Shown here in pieces: positions 45,600 through 54,835 of a DNA stretch of 64,000 nucleotides. The notes below the pieces were generated by a model. The model had not been told where the DNA came from. It searched no databases and worked only from the letters and a program-made list of their open reading frames with translations. Each line of letters begins with the position of its first letter. The stretch's first letter is position 1. The position numbers and the translations under genes are program-made. Origin of the DNA: Candidatus Moraniibacteriota bacterium (GTDB lineage Bacteria > Patescibacteriota > Minisyncoccia > Moranbacterales > UBA1568); assembly GCA_018499985.2 (NCBI GenBank), contig JAHBAT020000005.1, positions 15,805-79,804 on the forward strand. Reading direction: 5' to 3'.

Positions 45600-46388
45600 T
45601 TATTTACGAGTAAAAGTCATTGTACCAGCCTCATCCCTGAGCATCAGTCGAAGAGAGCTCCCCTCCAAAAGAAAGGTCTCCACCATACCAAGATGCTTCA
45701 GGAAGTCTGCTTCTTGTGAACCTTCACAATACATCTCTGTCATCGCTCCAAGGGTTACGTTCATTTCATCTATACGATTTGTCTTGTAGCTGGCCTGCAC
45801 TTTGTTGCAGTCCGTAGTAAGTTCGAGTGTGTTTTTTGGACCAAAGGTCACTGAAAAGAGTTGCTTGCTATCAGCTACCACTTCTGTCTCATCTAAAAGA
45901 GTAGTCTCTAGCCATGTCCACGTAGTCCCAGTGATATCCAGTGTTTTTGACATATCAAGTCCACTCTTGCCCCACGTATCTTTATCATAATCCTTGAGCT
46001 CAAGCGTCCCTGCTGTAGTATCATACTCAAACTCAAGCGTTCTTGGTTCGGAGAATTTTTGCTCTGGTGTCTGTAGGACAGTTATCGTAAGCCTCTCCTT
46101 ATCGCTCGTCTTCCAGTCTCCTTTTTCTGCCAAGATACCTCCTGTTGTCATAACTGCCGTCTTATCCTGATTGAGCATGAGAGTCACCGCCGTCTCTTCA
46201 TCATTTTTTTTAAACTTACCGACATACATGCCTGCCAATAGCTCTTCCGTTTTTTGATTCTGTTCTTCAAGAGTTGGAGTGGCCACCTTAGGTACAGTAG
46301 GAATCGTCTCAGTTTTTTTACGTCCCAAAAACCAGCCTATCCCCACTAGAGCTCCTATCAAGATAATAATAAGTATGTATTTTTTCAT
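45600..46388 (-). CDS. membrane-anchored META-domain (HslJ-like) protein
   Basis: N-terminal anchor. C-terminal TGTTWTWLET...TTDCNKVQASY...GAMTEMYC resembles a META domain. Confidence 0.6.
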   Translation of the reverse strand: MKKYILIIILIGALVGIGWFLGRKKTETIPTVPKVATPTLEEQNQKTEELLAGMYVGKFKKNDEETAVTLMLNQDKTAVMTTGGILAEKGDWKTSDKERLTITVLQTPEQKFSEPRTLEFEYDTTAGTLELKDYDKDTWGKSGLDMSKTLDITGTTWTWLETTLLDETEVVADSKQLFSVTFGPKNTLELTTDCNKVQASYKTNRIDEMNVTLGAMTEMYCEGSQEADFLKHLGMVETFLLEGSSLRLMLRDEAGTMTFTRK

Positions 46389-46457
46389 AGCTTTATTATA
46401 CCACCCTCTCTACCTGATAAAATGCTATACTAAATAAGTAATCATTTGTCTTACTCT

Positions 46458-46547
46458 ATGAGACCACTTCTTTTCTGGCTTATCCCTGTGGCCACGAGTT
46501 TCTTTTTGGTAAGTCTGATTTACCTCTACTTTCAATCTTTCAAATAA
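46458..46547 (+). CDS. 29-aa hydrophobic upstream ORF (candidate leader/small membrane peptide)
   Basis: Hand-translated MRPLLFWLIPVATSFFLVSLIYLYFQSFK. Its stop is 3 nt before the MFS gene ATG, with a TGcTATACT extended -10 upstream. Confidence 0.2.
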   Translation: MRPLLFWLIPVATSFFLVSLIYLYFQSFK

Positions 46548-46552
46548 TCTCC

Positions 46553-47758
46553 ATGTCAAAACGCGTTTTTCCGGTCCTGTTTGCGACCATTCTTTTGGAT
46601 ATGATTGGTATCGGGATGCTTATCCCGGTACTACCTATTATCTTTACCGATCCGTCATCACCAGCCTTTATCCTCGAAGGCTACTCAGTAAGCGCTCAGT
46701 ACACCATGGCAGGGCTCCTCACTGCTCTCTTTGGCCTCATGCAGTTTATCTCTGCTCCTCTCCTGGGCGAACTCTCCGATGTCTACGGTCGCAAAAAACT
46801 CCTCACTCTAGGTGTCGGCATCCTCGCTCTCTCACAACTTCTTTTTGGTTTTGGTATTGAGACAGGGTCACTCCTCATCCTTTTTATCAGTCGGATTATC
46901 GCTGGTATTGCAGGTGGCAACTTCTCTATCGCTCAAGCCAGTATCGCTGATATCACCGCGCCCGAATTCCGCGCTCGCAACTTTGGTCTTATCGGTGTGG
47001 CGGTCGGTGTCGGCTTTATCATTGGTCCTATGCTCGGAGGATTTATCGTCTCTGCTACTGGCAATGCTGCTATGCCGTTTTGGTTTGCGGCTGCACTCGG
47101 TATTATAAACGTCATTTCCATCTCACTCTTCTTAGACGAAACCCATACCAATCGCAAGGCCGAAAAAAACTTTCACATCTGGAAAGGTATTCACAATATC
47201 CAGACAGCCTGGAGAGACCTCGACGCACGGCCAGTCTATCTCGCGAGCTTTCTCTACACCGCAAGTTTTACTTTTTTTACTTCTTTTATTGGCATCCTCC
47301 TGGTTGCTCGCTTCGGACTTTCCGAATCAGCTATCGGCACCTTTTTTGGTGCAGTCGGATTTTGGATTATCGTCACTCAAGCTTTTATCCTTCGTATCAT
47401 TAGCCATCGCTACCGAGAACGCCAGGTGCTTCGCTTCACTATTATCATGATGGCTATCTCGCTCTCGCTCTATCCTTTTGTCCCTTCTCTTATTTGGATC
47501 TATACCATTATCCCACTTCTCGCTATCCCCAATGGTCTCACCATGGCCAACATGACTGCCCTTATCAGCAAAAGTGTCGGCCCAAGTAAGCAAGGCGCCG
47601 CTCTCGGTATCAATGGTTCACTCATGGCCTTGGCTCAAGGCACCATCCCACTTCTTGCTGGCTTTGGCTCTGGTGTCTTTGGTATCGCTGCTCCATTTTT
47701 GGCAGGTAGCCTTCTAGCGCTCGGTTCTTGGTACTTTTTGTTTCTTCGTAGACGCTAG
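46553..47758 (+). CDS. MFS transporter, TetA/TCR-like drug:H+ antiporter family
   Basis: 401 aa, 12 TM. LLDMIGIGMLIPVLP N-terminal motif and GELSDVYGRKK motif A. Confidence 0.85.
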   Translation: MSKRVFPVLFATILLDMIGIGMLIPVLPIIFTDPSSPAFILEGYSVSAQYTMAGLLTALFGLMQFISAPLLGELSDVYGRKKLLTLGVGILALSQLLFGFGIETGSLLILFISRIIAGIAGGNFSIAQASIADITAPEFRARNFGLIGVAVGVGFIIGPMLGGFIVSATGNAAMPFWFAAALGIINVISISLFLDETHTNRKAEKNFHIWKGIHNIQTAWRDLDARPVYLASFLYTASFTFFTSFIGILLVARFGLSESAIGTFFGAVGFWIIVTQAFILRIISHRYRERQVLRFTIIMMAISLSLYPFVPSLIWIYTIIPLLAIPNGLTMANMTALISKSVGPSKQGAALGINGSLMALAQGTIPLLAGFGSGVFGIAAPFLAGSLLALGSWYFLFLRRR

Positions 47759-47818
47759 ACAATCCTCTTTCTCCGTGCTTTACCATATTCCTACCGTACA
47801 CTCACAGGAGATTACGAC

Positions 47819-48082
47819 ATGTGCGAAAGTACCCCTACACAAACCGTCCAGCAACTCGTCGAAGCTGGAGTCCTGCCTGATCCGAGCAATCGCATGACCC
47901 TGGCCCGCAAAGCTTCCATCCTTGGAGCTATCGCCAGTGGCGCTGCTCGCTCTGCAGACATCATGATCCTCTATGCCATGGGCGAGGAGGAGCTTGGCAG
48001 CTGGGCCGAAAACTTCAAGCAGCATGGCCACAAAGGCCTTCGGGCCACCTTCAGGCATCGCCCTGTAGCACTCGCCGACTGA
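47819..48082 (+). CDS. DUF1153-like helix-turn-helix protein (GC-rich cassette 4)
   Basis: 87 aa. The LP....R.T.ARKA.I..A...G...Y....EE..SW......HG..GLRAT pattern matches my recollection of DUF1153. AGGAG RBS 8 nt upstream. Confidence 0.5.
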   Translation: MCESTPTQTVQQLVEAGVLPDPSNRMTLARKASILGAIASGAARSADIMILYAMGEEELGSWAENFKQHGHKGLRATFRHRPVALAD

Positions 48083-48111
48083 CGACCAGTTTCTCTGCGA
48101 GTGTACGCAAC

Positions 48112-48151
48112 AAAAAGCCCGGGATCGCAACTGCGAATACCCGGGCTTTTT
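48112..48151. terminator. bidirectional intrinsic terminator
   Basis: AAAAAGCCCGGG (48112-48123) pairs with CCCGGGCTTTTT (48140-48151). It lies between the convergent DUF1153 gene and the GIY-YIG gene. Confidence 0.6.
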
Positions 48152-48155
48152 CCTT

Positions 48156-48395
48156 TTATGCAAACAATGCTTTCTTCTCTTCTTTTGTCAGTTTCTTGAG
48201 TCGTATTTCTTCACGAGTTGCCTCGGAGCGAGTCTCGTACTCGTTGCTATACACCAGCTTCACTGGTCGGCGGCCCCTGGTATACTTCGCACCAAGAGGC
48301 GAAGTATTGTGCTCCACCACTCTTCGCTTTAGGTCAGTAGTGATACCGCTATAGAGAGTGCTATCAGCGCACTCCAAGATGTACACGTAGTACAT
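48156..48395 (-). CDS. GIY-YIG nuclease family protein (UPF0213-like)
   Basis: MYYVYILECADSTLYSGITTDLKRRVVEHN is a GIY-YIG signature. Confidence 0.85.
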   Translation of the reverse strand: MYYVYILECADSTLYSGITTDLKRRVVEHNTSPLGAKYTRGRRPVKLVYSNEYETRSEATREEIRLKKLTKEEKKALFA

Positions 48396-48396
48396 A

Positions 48397-48867
48397 CTAC
48401 CCTACTACTTCCAGACGATTGAAATCATGCTCATCAAACTCATCCCAGTACTTGGCTTCGTATTTTTGGATACGCTCGAGAGATTTTTCATCAGTAGCAC
48501 CTTCGAGTTTCCCAGCCTCCTCTACTCCTATCTCACGCACGATATCTCGCCAAGCAAGCTCGCTCGCCATAGCGTCATACACCATGTACTCATTGTAGTG
48601 CTCGAGAAGTGGCGCTACTTCTTGCTCAAAGACAGCATCGCTCAAGGTCAGCTCTCCGCCATAGGTCTCAGCCATATCTTCACAGTCCATGTCTTTGGCA
48701 TACCCCAAGAGGTGTGACTCCAATTCCCAGATACGGTCTGACTGACGGATATAGGCGCCGTTTTTTTCTTCGGGCAGTCCCTCACGAAGCATCTCTAGTA
48801 CCCCGTCAGCTATCCCGATGGTAATCATGAGGTCCCTGTATTGTTTGCTACTCAGCTCTATTTTCAT
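48397..48867 (-). CDS. acidic hypothetical protein
   Basis: 156 aa, strongly Asp/Glu-rich. Packed 1-2 nt from both neighbours. Confidence 0.5.
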   Translation of the reverse strand: MKIELSSKQYRDLMITIGIADGVLEMLREGLPEEKNGAYIRQSDRIWELESHLLGYAKDMDCEDMAETYGGELTLSDAVFEQEVAPLLEHYNEYMVYDAMASELAWRDIVREIGVEEAGKLEGATDEKSLERIQKYEAKYWDEFDEHDFNRLEVVG

Positions 48868-48869
48868 AC

Positions 48870-49217
48870 TTATATTTTCTTTACAAATTCTGACTTGAGA
48901 CCCATAGCTCCAATACCGTCTATCTTACAATCAATATTGTGATCCCCTTCTTCGTTCAGACGGATATTTTTGACTTTGGTCCCTACCTTGACTGAGTTTG
49001 GCGTGCCCTTGATACGGAGGTCTTTGATCACCATCACGGTGTCACCATTGGCAAGCACCACGCCATTGCTATCTTTGACTACAAACCCTGCTTCTTTTTT
49101 GACTTCTTGGCCATCCCATTCATGTGCGCACATCACACAGATAGTCATACCAGCCGCTTCATACGTATGCTTGCTTTCACATTCTGGGCATTGTGGCTCT
49201 TCGATTCTTTCTTCCAT
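48870..49217 (-). CDS. phnA: PhnA/YjdM-type zinc-ribbon protein
   Basis: CPECES...CVMCAHEW zinc ribbon, then [15 protein letters not shown]...KGT...[12 protein letters not shown] as in PhnA. Confidence 0.8.
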   Translation of the reverse strand: MEERIEEPQCPECESKHTYEAAGMTICVMCAHEWDGQEVKKEAGFVVKDSNGVVLANGDTVMVIKDLRIKGTPNSVKVGTKVKNIRLNEEGDHNIDCKIDGIGAMGLKSEFVKKI

Positions 49218-49282
49218 AGTATTACTGGCTAGAATTACCCCTTTAGTTTACTCTTTCTCAGGTAGAAAAACAAAAAGCGCTC

Positions 49283-50281
49283 TTATTTTTTATTTACTCT
49301 GAGAAGCTCTACTACCAAGGCTACAACTTTTTCTTTTTGCTTTGGGTCACTCTCTGCAATCAGGAGAGTGATAGCCGTAAGTCCGGAAGGATTGATATTC
49401 TCAGCACCACCTACTCGATACTTTCGAAGAAACCAAATAAAAGCAAAAGCTCCCGAACGCTTATTGCCATCGGTAAATGGATGATTCTTAACTACAAAAT
49501 ACAAAAGGTGTGCCGCTTTTTCTTCTAATGTTTTATAGACATCACTTCCACCAAAAGCCTGCATCACGTTACCTACGATACCCTCTATACTGCCACCACT
49601 CCGTTCATGAGCAAAGATATCCGTAGCTTCACCTTTGCGTATCAATTCCGCTCGAAGCTCCAAAATAGCGGCAAGCAATTCTTCTGCACTGAGCTTGATT
49701 TTTTTCTTAGTCGCTCCACTCGCTATCAATGCGTCACGATCATAAGCATCCAGTTTAGCCCAAGTGACAGAATACTCTTTGACAAGATCTAGGATGACTT
49801 TTGGATCTAGTGTCACATGAACTGGGAGGAGAGCTTGGATATCAGTTACACTGACCAAAAATTGATCGTAGTTTTTGAGAACAATTTTCTTGTTGATAGT
49901 GTAGCCCTTAGTCAAATGTTCTTTGAGAGTCTTCGTCGCCCACTGACGGAACTGGGTGGCAGTTTTGGAGTTTACTCTGTAACCAACAGAAATAATCATG
50001 TCTAGATTATAGTGTTCGATATTTCTCTCTACCCTGCGCCTTCCTTCTACTTGAACTTGTGCAATTTTTGCACAAGTTGCTTTTTGCTGTAATTCACCTT
50101 CTTTGTAGATATTTCTGATATGTTTCGTAATTACTGATCTCTCGATATCAAAAATATTGCCTATCTGAGCCTGTGTTGCCCAAAGAGTTTCTGCTTTGGT
50201 GTCCCCTCGGAGCTCCAGCGCCCCATTCTTGGCCTGGTAGATGACTGCCTTCTCCCTCGTCTTTTTGGCTTCTGTTTTCAT
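49283..50281 (-). CDS. RhuM-family N-terminal domain fused to a Fic/Doc domain
   Basis: The N-half (ISVGYRVNSKTATQFRQWATKTLKEH) is RhuM-like. The C-half carries HPFTDGNKRSG (Doc/Fic catalytic motif). Confidence 0.8.
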   Translation of the reverse strand: MKTEAKKTREKAVIYQAKNGALELRGDTKAETLWATQAQIGNIFDIERSVITKHIRNIYKEGELQQKATCAKIAQVQVEGRRRVERNIEHYNLDMIISVGYRVNSKTATQFRQWATKTLKEHLTKGYTINKKIVLKNYDQFLVSVTDIQALLPVHVTLDPKVILDLVKEYSVTWAKLDAYDRDALIASGATKKKIKLSAEELLAAILELRAELIRKGEATDIFAHERSGGSIEGIVGNVMQAFGGSDVYKTLEEKAAHLLYFVVKNHPFTDGNKRSGAFAFIWFLRKYRVGGAENINPSGLTAITLLIAESDPKQKEKVVALVVELLRVNKK

Positions 50282-50399
50282 ACCCTCTGTTTGAAATTAT
50301 TGTTTACTTTACTTACATATTATTATACACTATACTTGTCAGATGGCCAAAAACCTGGCGTCGTATCTGATTTAAACCAATCTAAATAAACACAAATTT

Positions 50400-50666
50400 A
50401 TGGGACTCAGCGACATAGCCAATACATACAAAATAAGTCTTGTGTGGAATAAGGCTACTATTGTTCCAGGAAATGATCCTAACGTCTTTCGAAAAGATCG
50501 TTTTGGAGCATGGATACAGTATAGCGCTTATGGGAACAGGGACCACGAGTACGGCTGGGAAATAGATCATATCATCCCTGTTGCAGCAGGAGGATTAGAT
50601 GATCTTTCAAACCTACAACCTCTTCACTGGCAAGTAAACTGCAAAAAATCAGATAAAATCCTCTAG
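50400..50666 (+). CDS. small HNH endonuclease
   Basis: 88 aa. WEIDHIIPVAAGGLDDLSNLQPLHWQVNCKKSDK is an HNH motif. Confidence 0.8.
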   Translation: MGLSDIANTYKISLVWNKATIVPGNDPNVFRKDRFGAWIQYSAYGNRDHEYGWEIDHIIPVAAGGLDDLSNLQPLHWQVNCKKSDKIL

Positions 50667-50704
50667 ACTTTAGGGGGAATAAAAAATGAAAACAAATACA
50701 AACT

Positions 50705-50739
50705 AAAACAGGAGTCTCATTGAGAGCACTCCTGTTTTT
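50705..50739. terminator. bidirectional terminator between HNH gene and res
   Basis: AAAACAGGAGT...ACTCCTGTTTT hairpin flanked by an A-run and a T-run. Confidence 0.55.
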
Positions 50740-50772
50740 ACAAAGAAAAGAAGATTTTTTACATATGATTTA

Positions 50773-53085
50773 CTAGAAATCTACTTTTTTCCAATCACTC
50801 CAATCCCCCCTTTCGCATTTCTCCCAATTGTAGATTGATTCATTATTTAAAAACCATTCTCCATTTCTTTCAATAGCTATCCCTCCAAATAGATCTTTTC
50901 TGTCCTGATTCTGCATCCACTTATGTAGAGCTTCTGCCTTAGCTTTTGTTTTAGTTAATCCGTCTTGGTCGTTTTCATCCTTTGTCTCAAAAATACCTAC
51001 TTTTCCATTCTTTGTTCTAAAAACAAAGTCTGGATAAAAAACATGGTCTTCACCAGCATACTCATAAAGAATTCCCAGGTGTTCCTTTGTACTTTCACCG
51101 TTCTTATACCACCATTCAATATCTTCTGATTGAGACAATAAAACTTCAAAACTTTTTTCTGGATTTGATCGATTTTTCTTAAGATAAATTCCTGTTTTTT
51201 CTTGTCCTAGAGCTCCGAGCATAGCACCCTTAGTCAAGCTAGGTATCTCTTCATACTCGCCATTTAAGTACAAAACTTCTGGAATATTCCAGATAAGCTT
51301 AGTAAGTATCTTTTTCTTTTTGAGAGATTCTTTTCTATATTTTTCAAATTCCTCTTTTGAAGAATTAATAATCTGAGAAAATATCTTTTGGTTATTTTCT
51401 GCACAGACAACTATTCTTTGAATCTCTAGCCTACTCTTCTCCGAAAATCCAAGCATATCATCAAACCAATCATAGATGGCTTCTTGAATTTTGGTATGCG
51501 AACGCACTGGGGCAAAAGGTAGTGACATTAATTTTGCAAATTGAGCGTATCGATATTTTATTTCATCTGCAGGCACAGAAAAAGAGACATTTTCTCCTGT
51601 TATTTCCTGATGTCCATCAATCTGACTTATTACCGCATCTGCTAAGACTGGTGTAGCTAACTCTTCTATATAAAGCTCCAAATCAACGTCAGCCTTTTTA
51701 TAAGCAGTTTTTGCATTATCTTTTGGCAATATTCCAAAACGAACGTTTGCTTCTTCGACAAATATTTCTCGAAATTTATACGTAAGGTCACCATAGTCAG
51801 CTCTTGATAGATGCACCGATGGCAAATCTATAGACTTATACTCAGAAATTCTTTTCACCAGCTTAACAGAGAAATACTTCTGACTAGAAATATCTTCTGC
51901 GATATTCATTTCCGAAACATTCGTATAGAGATATGCTTTATTCAAAATAGCTTCATCATAATGCCTAGCCTCAGGCATTCGTAAAATTCTACCTACTGTC
52001 TGAACTTTAAATGTTACTGATTGCATCTCTCGAAGCATTACCAAAATATCCGCTCTCGGGCAGTCCCATCCACGAGAAATAGCTGTTTTGAAAATCAAAA
52101 CTTCTACAGGATTCTGATTATCGGTTATATTCTCAAGATTCTCTTTTTCTGGGCCAGTCAACCACAAAGCCAATTTTCCATTTTCAAAAGTAATCCCATG
52201 CCTATCTTCTAAGATTTTTACCACCTTTTCTTTAACACTCTTATCAAGAGCATTCAAAGACTGACTTTCACTAGGCAGCTGAATCAAAAGCAACGGATTC
52301 ACATTTATCCCATTTTTTTCATATAACCTAGCAAGCTCTACTCTTTTCTCTAGAGCAGCTGCTAACAATGCCTCATCGGTAGAATGAGCAATATCTTCAT
52401 ATTTTCCAATTTCAGCATTCACAATGATTTCACTCTTGATCAGGCCGGATTCAACCACACTATCAAATGGTACGGTTACCTGAGACTTCAATCCAGACTG
52501 ATGTTCCTCTAAAGAAACTTCAATTTTTGGAGTTGCTGATACCTCAATAATAAGGCGTGGATCTATAACCTCATTTACAAATTGTTGAGTCTGTGTACTC
52601 CAAAAAGTAGCGTGACTTTCATCTACAATAAGAACAACCTCGATACCAAGCTGCTTTGTATTTTCTACAAGAGACTTGAGATTGATATCCGACTCATTAT
52701 CTCTCATGGCCACATTCGACCATTCGCCGTCTCTGTCTTGCCTAGTAAGACTTTCCCAGTTTACAAATATAATTTGATTCTTTTCAAATGATTGCGAGGT
52801 GATGTCATCAAAAAGAAAGCAAGTGTACTCCGTATCCGATAGATACTTCTGCAATTTTTCTTTACTTTGCTCATGAAGACTATTTGTACTAGCCCATATG
52901 TAGATCTTTTGACTTACAGAATCATCCTTTGCTAATTGCGCAAGAAAATCAGCCATCATGATAGTTTTTCCTGATCCTGTTGGCGACTTAAAAACACACA
53001 TTTTTTGTCCCTGCGTCAGTAAGAGTTTTTTTGTGCTATTTAATAGCTGATCAACTGCAATTTTTTGATAATCAGAAAGAATCAT
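50773..53085 (-). CDS. res: Type III restriction enzyme Res subunit (SF2 helicase plus C-terminal PD-(D/E)XK)
   Basis: Start set to ATG 53085 (MILSDYQKIAV), 4 nt after the mod stop. SPTGSGKT motif I, VDESH motif II and C-terminal PDFVF...IFETK nuclease motif. Confidence 0.85.
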   Translation of the reverse strand: MILSDYQKIAVDQLLNSTKKLLLTQGQKMCVFKSPTGSGKTIMMADFLAQLAKDDSVSQKIYIWASTNSLHEQSKEKLQKYLSDTEYTCFLFDDITSQSFEKNQIIFVNWESLTRQDRDGEWSNVAMRDNESDINLKSLVENTKQLGIEVVLIVDESHATFWSTQTQQFVNEVIDPRLIIEVSATPKIEVSLEEHQSGLKSQVTVPFDSVVESGLIKSEIIVNAEIGKYEDIAHSTDEALLAAALEKRVELARLYEKNGINVNPLLLIQLPSESQSLNALDKSVKEKVVKILEDRHGITFENGKLALWLTGPEKENLENITDNQNPVEVLIFKTAISRGWDCPRADILVMLREMQSVTFKVQTVGRILRMPEARHYDEAILNKAYLYTNVSEMNIAEDISSQKYFSVKLVKRISEYKSIDLPSVHLSRADYGDLTYKFREIFVEEANVRFGILPKDNAKTAYKKADVDLELYIEELATPVLADAVISQIDGHQEITGENVSFSVPADEIKYRYAQFAKLMSLPFAPVRSHTKIQEAIYDWFDDMLGFSEKSRLEIQRIVVCAENNQKIFSQIINSSKEEFEKYRKESLKKKKILTKLIWNIPEVLYLNGEYEEIPSLTKGAMLGALGQEKTGIYLKKNRSNPEKSFEVLLSQSEDIEWWYKNGESTKEHLGILYEYAGEDHVFYPDFVFRTKNGKVGIFETKDENDQDGLTKTKAKAEALHKWMQNQDRKDLFGGIAIERNGEWFLNNESIYNWEKCERGDWSDWKKVDF

Positions 53086-53089
53086 AAGG

Positions 53090-54832
53090 TTATTTAAATA
53101 ATTTTCTATACACATCAAGAATACTCTCTGGAATTGGCACAATAGAATACCTCACGGTCAAATCAGAGAAATCTTCAGAGTAAGTATCACTGGTAAGAGA
53201 AAATATATACATATTTACAGGAAGTCCTAGTTTCTCTATTTTAGCTTTAAATTCATCAATTTTTTTAAGACTAAACAGAATCCCTACTGACTTTTTCTTA
53301 TCTGAAAAAATTTTGTAATTTACATTATCAGCTACTTTTTCATAGATGCCTTCTCGTACACAGATCATTTCAGTTGATCTTTTAACAAGATTTCTACGAG
53401 TATCATCAGAGACTTTTTCTTTAGAAATAAAATTGGTCTTGAAATATTTTAAATTACCACCAAGGCCCTCAACCTTTTCTCCCTTTTGGTTTTTATACCC
53501 TTTAATAACTTTTTTCATTCGAGGATAACAAATATCTACAGCTATTCCATGTTCAGATTTTTCATCACCATTATTAGTACAGAGAATAAATTTTCGACTA
53601 CCCTTATCAATTTGATTTAATTCTAAAACTGCTTGACCGGTAGTTCCTGATCCAGCAAAAAAATCTAGAATTGTTAATTCCTTACTATTTACTATGGTTA
53701 AGAGTGTCTGAATAAGAGATGTTGGTTTTGGATAATCAAATTTACCTTTACCTAAAATTCTCTCTAGCTCCTTCTTCGCATTATCATTTGAATACTTATT
53801 GTCTACTAACGCTAAGGATAGGAGGGGTGATGATCGATTTATATATTCTATATAATAAATACCCTGTTTATTTTTAGAAATCTGAGCATTCAAATATGTT
53901 TTTGTATATAATCGGTCTCCCCTCTTTTGACTTTTCTGCAGCCAATCGTTCTGAATTCCAAATGCAACCTTTTTTGGTGACCAGCGCCAACGAAAACCAT
54001 CTTTAGGATTTTCAGATTTTCTAATCAAAAAATTTTCTTCTGAAACTTTTCCAGGATAATACGAATTGCCTTCAAACTCAATCAAATAGTCCAATGAATT
54101 TACATAACCCAATGTATCATAATCCAACGTTTGATTAAGCTTATAGGGACCTCTTTCTAAAAAGTGCTCGTCTTTATACTTATACTCCTTATCTTGATGC
54201 GGTGGATTGGTAAGATTCACCAACGACACATCTTTTGCGTACGAAATAACATAGTCATGATTTTTAGCCACTCCTATTGTAGATTTTCCAGCCTTTTTTG
54301 TTACTCGAGGTATCTGAGCAATAAAATTATTCTCTCCAAAAATTTCATCGCAAAGAATTTTTAAATTTGCCTGTTCTATATCATTAATACTGATAAATAT
54401 AATACCATCTCTTTTTAGAAGACTTTTTGACAATCTCAATCTTTTCTCAATAAAAGAAAGCCATTTACTGTGTCGAAAGCCGTCTTCTTTATCAACATAT
54501 CCATCGTTGTATATAAAGTCCTTATTTCCAGTGTTATAAGGTGGATCGATATAAATAACATCAATCTTTTCTTTATGAGTATAATTAAGCACCGAAAGAG
54601 AGTGGTAGTTATCTCCTTCAATCATTAAACTTGTGGATAAAGTGGGATCGGTGAATATAGCCTTTTCTCCAACCTCTTCTAAGACTGGTAACTCCTTCTG
54701 ACACCGCTCAACTACATTTTCTTTTTTTTCTTCCCACACCAAACCGTACTTCTTTCGAGAAGCTAATTTATTTACCTCAGCTAATAGCTGATCTCTATCC
54801 CAGCTTGAATAATCAGTTTTTGCCATATACAC
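53090..54832 (-). CDS. mod: Type III DNA methyltransferase Mod subunit (beta-class N6A/N4C MTase)
   Basis: DVIYIDPPYNTG (motif IV) precedes ILDFFAGSGTTGQA (motif I). This is the beta permutation typical of Mod. Confidence 0.9.
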   Translation of the reverse strand: MYMAKTDYSSWDRDQLLAEVNKLASRKKYGLVWEEKKENVVERCQKELPVLEEVGEKAIFTDPTLSTSLMIEGDNYHSLSVLNYTHKEKIDVIYIDPPYNTGNKDFIYNDGYVDKEDGFRHSKWLSFIEKRLRLSKSLLKRDGIIFISINDIEQANLKILCDEIFGENNFIAQIPRVTKKAGKSTIGVAKNHDYVISYAKDVSLVNLTNPPHQDKEYKYKDEHFLERGPYKLNQTLDYDTLGYVNSLDYLIEFEGNSYYPGKVSEENFLIRKSENPKDGFRWRWSPKKVAFGIQNDWLQKSQKRGDRLYTKTYLNAQISKNKQGIYYIEYINRSSPLLSLALVDNKYSNDNAKKELERILGKGKFDYPKPTSLIQTLLTIVNSKELTILDFFAGSGTTGQAVLELNQIDKGSRKFILCTNNGDEKSEHGIAVDICYPRMKKVIKGYKNQKGEKVEGLGGNLKYFKTNFISKEKVSDDTRRNLVKRSTEMICVREGIYEKVADNVNYKIFSDKKKSVGILFSLKKIDEFKAKIEKLGLPVNMYIFSLTSDTYSEDFSDLTVRYSIVPIPESILDVYRKLFK

Positions 54833-54835
54833 GAA

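Noticed and set aside
47780-48163. 127-aa minus-strand ORF over the DUF1153-like gene
   Set aside because: It is antisense to a frame with a recognisable HTH-family pattern, and it runs through the bidirectional terminator.
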